A stretch of DNA of 63,964 bases, counting the filler, from Rhabdomonas costata (taxonomy: Eukaryota), in assembly GCA_019059605.1 (NCBI GenBank). It is 52 parts of 52 records of this genome, joined end to end, with 100 filler letters (N's around TTAATTAATTAA, not from the genome) between each part and the next. Parts side by side here need not be neighbours in the genome. Positions count along the whole stretch, not along the records: positions 50,520 to 51,651 come from JAHMHO010027007.1; positions 51,752 to 52,883 come from JAHMHO010027008.1; positions 52,984 to 54,115 come from JAHMHO010027009.1; positions 54,216 to 55,340 come from JAHMHO010027010.1; positions 55,441 to 56,572 come from JAHMHO010027011.1; positions 56,673 to 57,804 come from JAHMHO010027012.1; positions 57,905 to 59,036 come from JAHMHO010027013.1; positions 59,137 to 60,268 come from JAHMHO010027014.1; 44 more parts are not named here. One strand, given 5' to 3'. Below, in pieces: positions 50,520-62,952 of the stretch. Made by a program: the position numbers and the translations under genes. The notes beneath the pieces were generated by a model that saw only the letters and a list, made by a program, of their open reading frames with translations, was not told where the DNA came from and searched no databases. Position 1 is the first letter of the stretch; every line of letters begins with the position of its first letter.

Positions 50520-51329
50520 GCCGCAATTCCTCTTCTGGCAGTCTTGATGACGTGTGGGTATCGCAGGATGGGGTGGCGTGGGCCCGGAAGGGGTTTCTCC
50601 CCGGCCCAAGCTCGTCCGTGGGTGCTGCGGTGAATGAGGACGGCGTTTTCCTGACCGGAGGCTTTGAGGGCGGCCCCTTTGGAACCACAGACCATGCTGC
50701 CAACATGGTCTACTCCCTCGGTGTGCGTGTTGTCGTACCCGAATAGTTTTCGAAAATTGGGAATTGCAAAAGGGAAATCTCCCAAATCTCCAGAATGCTT
50801 TTGCAGATTTTGTGCACAACTCTTTTGTTTTGTTCGTGTGCAGACTGTTTCCTGTGAGCTGCTCAGAGAAAGTGGGAGAGACCGTTTCCCGTGGTGATTG
50901 CTGCTCAATCTCACTCTACTGTGCGCGACATAAGAGCAATGCTGCATAAAGGGTACGTCCTCCGCAAAACACGTGCAACAGAGACAATGATGCAAAAGCG
51001 TTTTGTGCCAGTTTTTCTCTCTGGACTTCGTACCACGCAGACGGGGGGGGGGGGGTGTTCGAGAAATGGGAACCCCGATCACACCAAATTCGCTTCTTGC
51101 TTCCTTACAGAATTTGGTACTTTCTGAATGGCCAAGATGGACCATGACGAAATGTCTTTTTGTACTGCCCGCGCAGCCATTCTGAGCGTTTTCTTACGAT
51201 GTGTGTTTGCAGCCAAGGTTAGCCCTACGTGCGACTCGTACATCTGCCCGCCCAAGTGGGGTTCCTCGGCGCAGAACAGGGCGGTCGTATGCTCCTCCGG
51301 CGTCTGCACAGCGGAGGAGTGCTGCCCCA
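50520..51329 (+). CDS. Kelch/Asp-box beta-propeller protein followed by a Cys-rich module, exons 50520-50720 and 51213-51329
   Basis: LDDVWVSQDGVAW...VFLTGG, then in phase TCDSYICP...VCSSGVCTAEECCP. Confidence 0.7.
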
Positions 51330-51754
51330 GTATGTCCCTCATCGCGACCTCCGGCTACCCCTCCCGCTGTTTTTTGTCAGGTTGTTTGAATTGCTGAAGC
51401 TTGCCAGCCCCTGGTTGCCCTCGACATGGAACCTTATATGGAGTGCTGGAATAACCCTTTTCTGGCGATTTGGATGCATTGGATACATTACCGAAAAGTT
51501 TCGCTGGCCATCCCACTGTAGCAGCGATGGTTTCGATTTTGTTTGCCGTTGCGTTGCTGCGGTGCGATGTGTGCCCGCCATAATCTCGCCTTCTCCTTTG
51601 GGAATCCCGCTTGCCTTCGCTCCTTTTTCTGCAAAGGAAAGTCGCCAAACANNNNNNNNNNNNNNNNNNNNNNNNNNNNNNNNNNNNNNNNNNNNTTAAT
51701 TAATTAANNNNNNNNNNNNNNNNNNNNNNNNNNNNNNNNNNNNNNNNNNNNTGT

Positions 51755-51919
51755 TGTTGTGCTGGCCAAGTTATACGTTTCTGCATGTTTTCTCAATGTC
51801 CCACGCCTCAGCGAATCCCCGCCGACGGAGACAGCTCACTCAAAAATCCACAGCGGGAGTTGCTGAGGCGTGGGACATTGAGAAAACATGCAGAAACGTA
51901 TAACTTGGCCAGCACAGCA
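51755..51919. repeat. Terminal fold-back inverted repeat (58-bp arms)
   Basis: 51755-51812 versus 51862-51919 differ at one position and start at the contig 5' end. Confidence 0.9.
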
Positions 51920-53123
51920 ATCTGATAGTGCCCAGCTGTCATATTGGCATGTAGGGCAGGCTTCACCACCTCAATTGCCCAGTTCAGAAGGAAGAACTCC
52001 ACACAGTGGGTGAAGGTGAAGGGCCATGATGGGGTGAACGTTGATATGAGGAGGTGAACTCGAGTGCATGCACTTCTGCATAATGGTGAAATGATTAAGG
52101 GTCGATGGGGCAAGCCGAAAGGCCGAATCCTCAGTCCCCCGAGCGAACAGCTCTTTCATTGTGTCTCTTGTCTTCTCTTCCCAGCAAGCTTCATACAAAC
52201 AAGGTGGGGTAGGAGGTCAACTGGGACCGATGCGTAAAAAAAGACATCGCAGTGCAGCACAGGTCAACACATGACGACAGAGAACAATCATCGGGTTGCG
52301 GTCAATCTTTTGAAACAGGAACCCGGCGTCACACTCGTTCTTCAATGCAGGACGAAGAAATCTCTGCTGCGAGAATCGCCGTTGTCCGATCCCAAAATCA
52401 CAAGGCGATATCAAACACAACACCCTGACTGCCAGGCAAAAGCTCCACACAGCAGTTCTACGGTTCAAGGACAACGAGTGGCACCGGGGAAACGCAATCT
52501 CCGACCCCACAAACCATGGCAATCAGGAATGCCCATTACCTAGAAGAAAGTGGGGAACCTATTGAAACACCGACCAATTATCATGTATTATTTGACGACC
52601 TGGGCAAAAGTTAATGGGAGGGGAGGGCGCTCGGTGATACTCAGAGACATCATGCACGCAGAAGGTCGGCGCCAAGAGTCAAATGAAAAATCGTTCTGTG
52701 CGGTTCAGACCCTCTTCAAAAGAAGCCAGTGGACCATCATCACGTGCTGCCATCCGACAACTGCCATTACACGGTTAACGACGGAGATGTGGTGCGCGTT
52801 TGGATTGGCGAGAAGATTGACACACGTGCTAGAACCAGCGCCCGAGGCGGGCACCTTTGTATCTACAGAGGAGAAACCACAAANNNNNNNNNNNNNNNNN
52901 NNNNNNNNNNNNNNNNNNNNNNNNNNNTTAATTAATTAANNNNNNNNNNNNNNNNNNNNNNNNNNNNNNNNNNNNNNNNNNNNTGTGTTGGGTGTGGGTG
53001 GTTGGTGGTTGCCGAAAAAGTTAAAGTTACGCGCCCTGTTCTGCTTCGACCAGAGCTTTTTTGTTCAGTCGTTGTCTTTTCGAGTGCTCAGTGCATTTCT
53101 CTCCCTCTCTTTCTCTTCGCCAA

Positions 53124-53191
53124 ATGGATCCCGCGGAGACCATTGCCGATGAGCTGAGGAAAGGGATCGACGACCTCTCTTCCCAATTGAA
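53124..53191 (+). CDS. Possible first coding exon of unknown protein
   Basis: ATG after a pyrimidine tract, reading MDPAETIADELRKGIDDLSSQL|GTATG. Confidence 0.35.
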
Positions 53192-54873
53192 GTATGAGTC
53201 TTCATTTCCTGGAACCTCTCCCCGTTATGCCTTTGATGCCGCACGAATCACTGTTGAATTTCAGGCGAATTTAATGAGAAGAATTGGTGCTGTTACTCTG
53301 TCACGGAGCCGCTATGTCGGCACACAGTTCATTCTCTGTACAAGAAGCAATTCTGTGCGCGAAAAGAACGAAGAAATGGAATGGTGCTTCGAGAAAAGCC
53401 TAAAATGGCCTTTTCCGAGCTTTAAAGAAGTTCCTCGAGAAACCTTCTGACTCAATCTCTTTTCATACGTGCGCTTGATGTGGGAATCATTGCACACGTG
53501 TTATATTCATGGTCTGGTTGTGGGTGACCTTTGCTGTAGGCTTCTACAAGGATCCTCTGATGCTCAAGAACGACACCCAGACATGGTGTGTACCTGTTTT
53601 GGAGGCAGGCACAGGCAGCCATTGTTTCTGGTCTTCGTGCGAAATGAAAGTTGAAGACCCCTTCCCCCCAGGGCTTTTATGAAGCCCATTCGCCCATTTA
53701 ATTCCTCAACTCCTTTACCTTCGAAATGTGGGAACACCTCCTCGTTTATTCTTTGCTGTCTTTCTCGGTTATAATTTTTAAAATGTCTGCCCTATGGGAT
53801 TCTCTCTTTCTGCGCTCCGGTTCGCAGGCCTCCTTTGGCTTCGAGCTTCCCGCTCTCCTCATACAGCTACCCTGTGGCAGTGTGCATTTTCTGCAACAGC
53901 AGGGATCCCCTGAGGTTAGAGTCACGTTTTCCAAATAAAGTACGTTACACCGTAAACTCAGATCTGCACCACAACACATGGCTGGGTTTTAAACCCGACC
54001 TTTACGTATCCTTGTCCACAAACAGCAGTTCACAAAATTCACAGTTCGCTTCAAATAACAGCACAAACACGGAATTTCCCAAAAAAAAATTGCGCCTTCG
54101 GCGCACCAAAACCCCNNNNNNNNNNNNNNNNNNNNNNNNNNNNNNNNNNNNNNNNNNNNTTAATTAATTAANNNNNNNNNNNNNNNNNNNNNNNNNNNNN
54201 NNNNNNNNNNNNNNNGGGGGTTTGGTGGTCACCGGGGGCCTCTTTTGCACTTCCCTAAGAATGCTCTGCAGAAAGCCTGACTGGCAATACATGCTGAGGC
54301 TGGCAAAGTCTCTTGAATGGTAATGGCAGTTTTATGCAGTTTTATGTTTTGGATTGAGACGGTTATGGAGGAGAGATGGCTCCTGAGGTCTGAGATCTGA
54401 TTGGTGTACCTGTGTAGGAGGGATCTTCCAGCGGAATCAGGTCTGTACGGAGGTTTTGTGGCACTGGCTGCCATCGGTCATGCGGGTGAGTCATGTCGCT
54501 GGGCAGGGTGGCGTCTCTTTTACCAGAGTTGGAATTGCAGAAGCGTCCTGTTTTGAGGGGGTTTTGGACTCATGCACACACGTTTCCTGCCGTCGGATGG
54601 TGTTTGCTTTCAAGTAGCTGTTTCCTCAGGCTTCTCGTGAGAGCCCATAAAGGTCTGAGGAAAGGCCTGAGCTCAAGACCCTGCCATCACCACACCCGTC
54701 CACCGTAACCATATGCCAGGAATCTGCAGCAGAAGTGCAAGTATTGCACGCACTGCGCCGACCGACCGACCCAGTATGCGGCGGAGAGGACCTGCTTTAC
54801 CAAACCAAAGTCGGCTGCCTCCGCCAGGGGCTCAGCATACGCGGACTTCGCTCATTTCGCTCCATTTGCGCAG

Positions 54874-55190
54874 GGACGCGGAGCATTCCGACAGGATTCC
54901 CTCTGCAAAGCTGCTGGCTCTGTTCGAGGCAGTTTTGGAGCAGGTTTTGCCGTCGCGCTTGCTGGCGTTCCCATAGCAGTGTTGCAATGCATGCGGCTTT
55001 GTGCCCATGGGCAGCAGTGCTAACCTACCTGACCTAACTGTTCCGAGGGGACCAAATATGTCTGCGGTCAATTGAAAACATGCTTTTGACGTTGCTCTGC
55101 TTTGCTTTTTCGTGTGACTCTGTGGATTCCGGTTGGCGGGCGTGGTGCGCAGATTCGGACTTTGATCCGGAAGACGGAGGATGCCATGGG
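54874..55190 (+). CDS. Possible divergent EF-hand (calmodulin/myosin light chain-like) exons 54874-54943 and 55153-55190
   Basis: DAEHSDRIPSAKLLALFEAVLEQ|IRTLIRKTEDAMG, joined by an in-phase GT-AG intron. Confidence 0.35.
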
Positions 55191-55694
55191 GTACCCCCAC
55201 TTCGTTGCGTCGGCTTTGACCAGTGCGTGCACTTCAGGTGCGGCTGGTGAGATTCAACCTCATCGTTGCGGGAAGGGGGGGACCAAGGCCAAGGGAGGCT
55301 GTATTGGGGTTCTCATCAGCACGTACATTGCCCCACACCCNNNNNNNNNNNNNNNNNNNNNNNNNNNNNNNNNNNNNNNNNNNNTTAATTAATTAANNNN
55401 NNNNNNNNNNNNNNNNNNNNNNNNNNNNNNNNNNNNNNNNTTTGTTTTGGAGGGCCCTCGGGGTCCTCCAAATCCCAGGGCCCTTGTTGAGAAGCGCTTG
55501 TCGATGCGTTTCTGCTTTGCAAGCAGTGTTGCTGGTCTCCCACTGGCTAATCCATTCGCATTCATGGTTTCCTGCGTTTATTTTTGCTCTCCATGGGCAA
55601 GCCGTTGCATTTGGATGGGGTTTCACATCTCTCCTGACCTCCGCTGTAAATTCATGCTTAGTGTCCTTGGTTCCTGGACCGAACCATACTGCAG

Positions 55695-56047
55695 GATATC
55701 GCTCCGATCCCCGTTTTGGTTGCGTTTGCACAGTGAATGACGTATGGACGTTGGACGATCCCATGGGCTTGATGTGGAGTCCTCAGGCGAAAGGAGGCTT
55801 TGCCCCACGGTGTGGCCATGGCGTTGTGTCGTGGCAAGACAAGCTGTGGGTTGTGGCCGGGCGCACCCTCGGCGACGCTGTGGCATTCAGTGACGTGTGG
55901 TGCTGCAGCAGCTTTGCCGGGGGCAACTGGACGCGGACGGCGGACGGTGCGTTTCCCGCTCGTGCATTCTTCGGGCTGGCTGTTCTCAACGGCAGCCTGT
56001 GGGTTGTCGCGGGCTTTGGAGAGGGGACAAACAATGCCCTCAACGAC
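55695..56047 (+). CDS. Kelch-repeat (NDVW/Asp-box type) exon
   Basis: NDVW...FAPRCGHGVVSWQDKLWVVAG...SDVW...FPARAFFGLAVLNGSLWVVAG...ND|GTATG. The acceptor is at 55694 or 55733. Confidence 0.88.
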
Positions 56048-56956
56048 GTATGACTCTCTTGCACTTCCTGAACCCGTTGTCCGTCGTTCTCCTTTTGTTG
56101 CGTTAACCCCCCTTGCACGTTTCTCACCTACAGGACAGGACTATCCCAATTGTTTCTACACGCATGACAACAGGACTGTTTTTTTCTGGGAAGAGCAGAA
56201 TTATCGTCACATCTCTCCACAGTTTCCTGTTCCCTGTTGTTTCGTTTCGTTTGAGGACTTCAGAGGTTTTTGCCCACTTCGCATTATTTTGTTCTTGCTC
56301 TTCCTCTTCCCGCCGGGCTTTACAGGGTAAATTACCGGGGTAAATTACAACGCACCGGTGTGCCGACACATCATTACCGTATTTCAGATCGGAAAAAGAT
56401 GCAAACTCATAGATTGAGAGCAAGACGGGCGCTACTTTCGGCCAACCAAAAATTGGCATGCACCCCCGCTCCCAACATTCCTGCCGGGGTGTTTTGTCTC
56501 ACACTCCCCAGCATTTCGCACTGTTCGGGAATCGCTTCCAGATAAAGGACTGACACACTTGGCCAAAGGCTCNNNNNNNNNNNNNNNNNNNNNNNNNNNN
56601 NNNNNNNNNNNNNNNNTTAATTAATTAANNNNNNNNNNNNNNNNNNNNNNNNNNNNNNNNNNNNNNNNNNNNGTGTTGGGGTGTGTTTGGGGTGTGGGTG
56701 GGTGGAAAGGGATACTAAGGGGAGTTGGGCGAGGGGGGAAGATATAGAGTAAGCACAATGAAGCGTGATGATGCTCAGTTTAGGTAGAGATATAAAGGTG
56801 AGTACTTTTTGTATACCTCATCACTCCAGTTTTCTTGGTCAGAGTTAGTTTTCACCCTCGCGGTAAAGTATTAGGAGGATGGCCCGGTCACACCGTGGCC
56901 AGGCCATATGTGGGGTTGGGACTTGTTTGAACAAATTAGATGCGGGGGCTGCTTGG

Positions 56957-56997
56957 CAATTCAGCAATCCAGCAATCCAGCAATCCAGCAATCCAGC
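56957..56997. repeat. 8-bp tandem repeat (CAGCAATC) about five copies
   Basis: Directly visible in the sequence. Confidence 0.9.
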
Positions 56998-57250
56998 TTT
57001 CTTTTCTCGTTGTCCTGTTCTATCAGTGAGTTGATGTCGTGAGGGTAAGAATATATTTTGTCTCTTCACAGACAGTCTCCGTGATGGGTTAGTTGGGTTA
57101 GTAGTTTATGCGATCACAATGGTGATGTGTCTGTTCGCGGATGGCTGGGAATGGAGATGGTGGTGGTGTAAAAATCTTAGGTGGGTGGGTTGGGTATGTG
57201 GGGCGTGACGTATTGACGATCGGATTGAGCTCCTGCGGCTCGCCTCGTAG

Positions 57251-57380
57251 GTACGCTGCGGAGCTCACTCTGACCAACGTCAGCACCGTGCCCTGCCGGT
57301 TCCGGCTGAAGCTCAGCACGCAGCACGCCACGGAGAGGAATCTCCGCGATGTGATCACGCTGCACTACTCCAAGGATCCG
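57251..57380 (+). CDS. ASH/PapD-like Ig-fold exon (ciliary protein type)
   Basis: CGTAG|YAAELTLTNVSTVPCRFRLKL...YSKDP|GTGAGT. The Y...LTLxNxSxxxxRFR pattern is typical of ASPM-SPD2-Hydin domains. Confidence 0.65.
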
Positions 57381-57612
57381 GTGAGTGTGTCTGGGTGGGG
57401 GTGGTTGCGGCAGATAGGCCCTTGACATTTAAGGGCAGCCATTTCCTTCTTCAGTTACATTTACCTCCATTTAAATCTCTGTTTAGTTCGACGCCCATCA
57501 ATGATGCTCAAATGGTTGGCCATACTTTAGTGCTCCATGCCGGACCCACCGCAAAGGGATTCTGTGACACACGTGAAGGGGACGTGGTCACGCAGTGCGG
57601 TTAGTGCTGGTA

Positions 57613-57802
57613 TTGGGTAGAAATTTCGTCCAGCCTAGTTGGCCCCATGCTCAAACTGCTTTGATACATTTTACTGTACTGTTTGCAGTCTTTTACGAAT
57701 TTTGGACGTCCCTAATTCGTAAAAGGCTGCAAACAGTACAGTAAAATGTATCAAAGCAGTTTGAGCATGGGGCCAACTAGGCTGGACGAAATTTCCACCC
57801 AA
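57613..57802. repeat. Terminal fold-back hairpin (89-bp arms, 12-nt loop)
   Basis: 57613-57701 versus 57714-57802 differ at two positions and reach the contig end. Confidence 0.95.
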
Positions 57803-60800
57803 AANNNNNNNNNNNNNNNNNNNNNNNNNNNNNNNNNNNNNNNNNNNNTTAATTAATTAANNNNNNNNNNNNNNNNNNNNNNNNNNNNNNNNNNNNNNNN
57901 NNNNGAGCACCCTTTTTTGTGGCATCCCTGTTCACAGCACTCGTGGTGTTTTCCTGTGCGTAGTGGTCCTAGTGCTGGCACCCGTTTTTTTAGTAGCGGT
58001 GTCGGTAGTTGGATTCTGTGCTGCTACGAGGACCTTTGATGCTTGGAGAGGGGGGGGGCGGTGGTGATGACCATGATCTATAACAAAACCAGGGTACCAC
58101 ACATCGCCCTCCAACCCGTGTATTTATTTTCTTGATTTCCGGCAAAGCGTCTCTTGGATTGCGAGATTGGGGCACGCGTGTGCCATCCCCCGCGTCGTTT
58201 CCTCTGGTGATCGGCGCCGCCCTCCACACCGCAGAATCCAGGCTCTTCAAAAAGAGCCTTTGGATTACAATCGACTCCATCGACTCTCTGTGGCTCCTCT
58301 GCATTAGGCAGTGTACGGTGAGTCATCTTAGGCTTTGGCCACCGAGGTTTAACTTCTTTGCATGACAGAGATTATTGAAGGAGCGGTGTTAAAAGGGGTG
58401 GAAGGCTCCACAAAATAACAAGCCCATTGCCTTCACTGAGCAAATATGTGCGTGAGCATCTCTGTAATAAGAAATAAAGAATCAGTATCGGTCCTTTGAT
58501 GCATTATTCGCCCGGCCGTGCTCCGTGTTGAGCCTGCTACGCGGGGTGGCCTGCGTTGCGTTTTCTTCGAGCGAAGGGGTGAATGCTTAAAATTGTAATG
58601 ACTTTGCTGGTTCACGTTTAGGTCGTGCTGGGGTGGTTGCCTGAAAAGCTACTAAGGATTGCCACCATACTTGTTCACCACTTGACGGATGATTTGAAGA
58701 GTCAAAAGGACGTCAGACGGCACGCAGGCCGCCGGTATGATCTTTTTGGAGGATGGGTCGGAACTCAAAAAAAATACGATGTTTTTGTGACGTGCTGGCT
58801 ATGCACTTTAATGGATGGGTAAATTGGCGTGTGGGTGAGCGTGATATGTGGAGACTGTGCCGGGGTTGGAAGGCGGGGGGAGGGGTGCTGAGACTCAGCC
58901 TTACTTAGCGCATGATGACCAACATTCAACCTTTCTTCACAGAAAACTCCGCCCGTTTTTTTTGGGCATCCCCTTACTTCTTCTTCACCATGAGAGCCAA
59001 ATTTGCACACTCCCCGTACTCCTCTGAAGGTGTGTTNNNNNNNNNNNNNNNNNNNNNNNNNNNNNNNNNNNNNNNNNNNNTTAATTAATTAANNNNNNNN
59101 NNNNNNNNNNNNNNNNNNNNNNNNNNNNNNNNNNNNAAGGGCATGCTGCTCTCCGTGGTGGCCTCTCGCGCAGTTATTCCAAGCCGGCTCAGTGCCGAAC
59201 CAATTGCGGAGGTGTTTGTGAAGCAGCGGGAACCCCTCTGAAGAATCAGCGCAGACTTGGGGGAGGACCACTGGCGAAAAGGGTTCAACCCAAGCGCAGC
59301 GGACACCTCTGAGAGAAAGCAGTCCCCACATTGAGTTTTCATGATCTTTTGATCTTTTCGCTTCTCGTTCGATTCCAGGAGGTGGACGCCATCCCAGCTT
59401 AAATCCATGGAAGGTGGAAGGTGCGGGTGGGGACACCGAATCAGTTTAGTAAAGGATTTTTTCAGCGAGATCAACGAGTTCTCATAATCCCGTCCATCAC
59501 AAAAGACGGCACAAGCCACAACTATCCTTTTCCATTCGGAGAGTCTCGGGAAGCAGGAAAGCAGCAGGACATCAGAGCGCGCACATAAATACTACCTTGT
59601 CTTAGGGTCTCCAAAACTCCTGGAGGGTACAGAAAGTTGAAGTTTGCCGCAGTGGGCTGGAAGGAGGGGATCACTCCAGCCACGGACCGGCTGGACGCGC
59701 CCACCTCAAGTGCTTCCCCTTGGCTGGGACCAAAAAGTATTTGTAGCAACGCCTTGGTGTATGGATACCTGCTCGTCAGCGAGAACTTCTGAAAATCCAA
59801 GGGAAAGAGAAAATCTTAAAAAAGAGGGCTCAGCAGTTCTGGGGTCTTTAGTGCTGACAGGGCTTCTGAAACGCTGCGTGGGCAGTTCTCGGGGTCGGGA
59901 TTTTGTGGGCAGAGCTGATAAACTTCTCCTTGTGTGGGTGGAGGCATGGCAATCTTGGCTTCCTGACAACAGTGCATGGGTTGTGGTTCTCTTGAACGGA
60001 TCCAACTTCTTTCTTCTTTTTTCTCTTGGTTCCTCTTTGGCGTGGGTCGAGGGGTGGTTGAGAGGATATTTATATGTTGCAGATGCTGTCGTAAACCCTC
60101 CGCTGCGTGGGGGGCAAGAGGAGAGGAACACGAAAGGGACACGAAAGAGCCACCTACGGGAACCAATAGGACCGCATGCAGCTTGCGCCTCGTCACCCCA
60201 CACACAAACAAAAAATCACGTCTAACACTAACAGTCGAAACGTTTGTAAAATGTCTCGCAAAAAAAACNNNNNNNNNNNNNNNNNNNNNNNNNNNNNNNN
60301 NNNNNNNNNNNNTTAATTAATTAANNNNNNNNNNNNNNNNNNNNNNNNNNNNNNNNNNNNNNNNNNNNTTGTGGGTGGGGCTGCTTCACGTGCACTTCCG
60401 GCTGCAGATTCCTTTTTTTGAGTGCCTTTGCCGTGATGAAGCCTGTACATGCTCAGACAGTGCGGGAACTTCGGTCACCACCGATCGTCAAGGTCGTCTT
60501 GCCATCATCTCCGGCCACTTGGTAAGGATTTAGAACGGTCGGAAACCATGCGAGCATTACATCGGATGTTGCAGAAGGCTGCAGAGAGAGAGAGAGAGCA
60601 AAAACTGCGTTGGTCTCGCGACCTGAATGTCTCAGTTGCTCAAGTAGTTCCTTCCCTCAAAGGATGAGAGAGAGTTAGCCCCGCATCAAGAAGCTGCGTG
60701 GAAGGGAGAGTTTGCTATTGCGTGCGTGCATCACTGAAAGCAGCGTCTGTCCCGGTTGAGATCCCGGTGTGTGTTACTGAGTAGAGTAGAGTAGTGGCAG

Positions 60801-62155
60801 TCCAGTACTCTATATTTGTTGCCCCAACTTGATTCTGCATCCCTTTTTGTGGTTTTCCCCGCCCTCAAAGCTCACCTCACCGCTGTGTGGGAGATAATTC
60901 GGCCGTTCACCATGACCTACCTGAAGATAGTCCTGCTGATCTTCTTCATTTACCACGGCGACTTGAACCGGTGTGGTTTTCCTCTTTTGTTTTTGGTTTT
61001 TTTCGTTGTTGTTTTGTTTTTTCTGTGAAGTGGGATGTGTTGCGAGTGGGTGTACACACACCAAACGGCCCCGAACGGCCAAGAGACAACTGCTGCTGTC
61101 GTGTACGGGTTTGTTTCGCTGAAGTAATCTCCCTTTGTTCTTGACTTCGCTTGTGTTTGCGGGTGTGGAAACTCGAAAGCAGTCCCGCACTTCGGAAACA
61201 GCTATAGGCACAGCGTGCCATCTTGGAAAGTGCGACCGCCCCAGCTCAGTGTCGTGTTTGTGTTGCTATGTTGCTTTGTTACTTATTTGGGCTGCGATCT
61301 GAAATTGGGGTTGTGTGGTGGAAGATGTTGCTGCTGAAGCGTTGCCTTGGATGAAGTGCAAATTGGCCACTATCGTAATAACAAAAATGCGAAGATGCAC
61401 GTGCTCTCAGAAGACAAATGGAGACCGCACGGGAAATTTTCTTACGCCAAGATGAGGGTGCCCCTCGTTTTAAACAACCCACACCAACCACACCCACCAC
61501 NNNNNNNNNNNNNNNNNNNNNNNNNNNNNNNNNNNNNNNNNNNNTTAATTAATTAANNNNNNNNNNNNNNNNNNNNNNNNNNNNNNNNNNNNNNNNNNNN
61601 GTTGGGTGGTTATCTGAACCCAGTCCTTTCCTGACACTTGAGCCTTGCCCCGCGTCGCCTGCCGAAGGCTGAGCTGGGGTGGGTCCCGGGCACTCAACTC
61701 CCGTTTCCCACCCACTTTTGGGAATGAAGGACCCAAACGTTAATACTTGCTGTGACCCTGCTCGGAAGCAGCACCTCTCCCCACCACCTCCAAAAAGACA
61801 GTTGGGCTCTGCACCATTAACGTTGATGATGTGGTGCTCAAACAAAATTTTAGGTCAGAGTCAAATCTTAGCAAATTGTTATCGCCTTCTACGGAGTGCG
61901 GTTGTTTCGAATTTTTTTCCAGCTGGGGCTGGTTTTGTCTCTTAGAGATCTTCTTACTCTTTTTGGAGTTTCTTGGTTTTCTTGGTTTTATTTACTGTTG
62001 CGGGGCACTCTGTTGTTTGGATTAGGCCCCCATTGTCGGAAGGGCTGCGGTTCAACATCCCCGCTAGCCGTGCCACATCACTCTTCCTCCCTGACATTTG
62101 ATTAACCCAATGACCTTCTCTTGAGCCACTCCTAACTACAAAAGTGGCAGGACAA

Positions 62156-62515
62156 ATGTACACCGATGAGGACCTCAAGTCTCCTATGGCCTCCGAGGAG
62201 TCCTCCACGACCACCAGTCATAGCCCATGTGCCAGCTCTCCATGCCCCTGCCCGCCTCGGAGCGGTGCAGCTTCAGCGGCAGCGGCGGTTGCAGCTTCCC
62301 GGAGCTCTATGAGTGCGTCTCCAAAGTCGGACGACGGTGAGGATGACCGGGACAGCCCTCTGGTAGAGGACTCAGAGGGGGGCTCTGGGGACGGGGGCCT
62401 GTATTTCAGCCCCACCACCCTGCAGCTGCTTCAGGCTCACATTGCTGAGGCTGAGCGGGACGCCGCGGATCTGCTGAACGAGGGCATTCCAGCCAGGATT
62501 ACTCGAGTGCAGGAG
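62156..62515 (+). CDS. First coding exon: Ser-rich disordered N-terminus, then a possible PA28/REG proteasome-activator N-terminal helix
   Basis: 120 codons from ATG to GAG|GTATGC. AEAERDAADLLNEGIPARITRVQE resembles PA28 EAExLxxxxFPxKIxxL; the family call is tentative. Confidence 0.45.
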
Positions 62516-62902
62516 GTATGCTCCTGTGCTGTATGCTTACCCGTGGCAAGAAAGAATACGATGATTCCGCGAGGCGCGGTGGGAAGGCAGCGGACAACGC
62601 GATGGGGCCGTGCCAAGGTAAGAAAAAAGGTTTGCCTTTGCCAAATGTACAAGTGCAGAAGCGTATTTCTGAGGCAGAGGTCTTTTTGTGTATTTACTAG
62701 TGAGCATGAACCCCATCAGTCCCCTCAACCACNNNNNNNNNNNNNNNNNNNNNNNNNNNNNNNNNNNNNNNNNNNNTTAATTAATTAANNNNNNNNNNNN
62801 NNNNNNNNNNNNNNNNNNNNNNNNNNNNNNNNGTGGTGGGTGTGTTTGGTTGGGTTGTGCTTGTAGCTGCGATATATTGGTACCAGATTATGGCACCCTG
62901 TT

Positions 62903-62952
62903 TGATGTGCGACGTGTACGGTGTCTGACTGATGTGCGACGTGTACGGTGTC
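62903..62952. repeat. 23-bp direct duplication (27-bp period)
   Basis: TGATGTGCGACGTGTACGGTGTC occurs twice. Confidence 0.85.

Noticed and set aside
60871-60970. Possible SLC35F-like transporter exon (PFTMTYLK)
   Set aside because: The motif is too short and there is no second supporting exon.
1134-62832. Regularly spaced TTAATTAATTAA palindromes as a CRISPR-like or biological repeat array
   Set aside because: Each sits in the centre of a fixed N44/N44 gap, so it is an in-silico linker. Spacing reflects length-sorted contigs.
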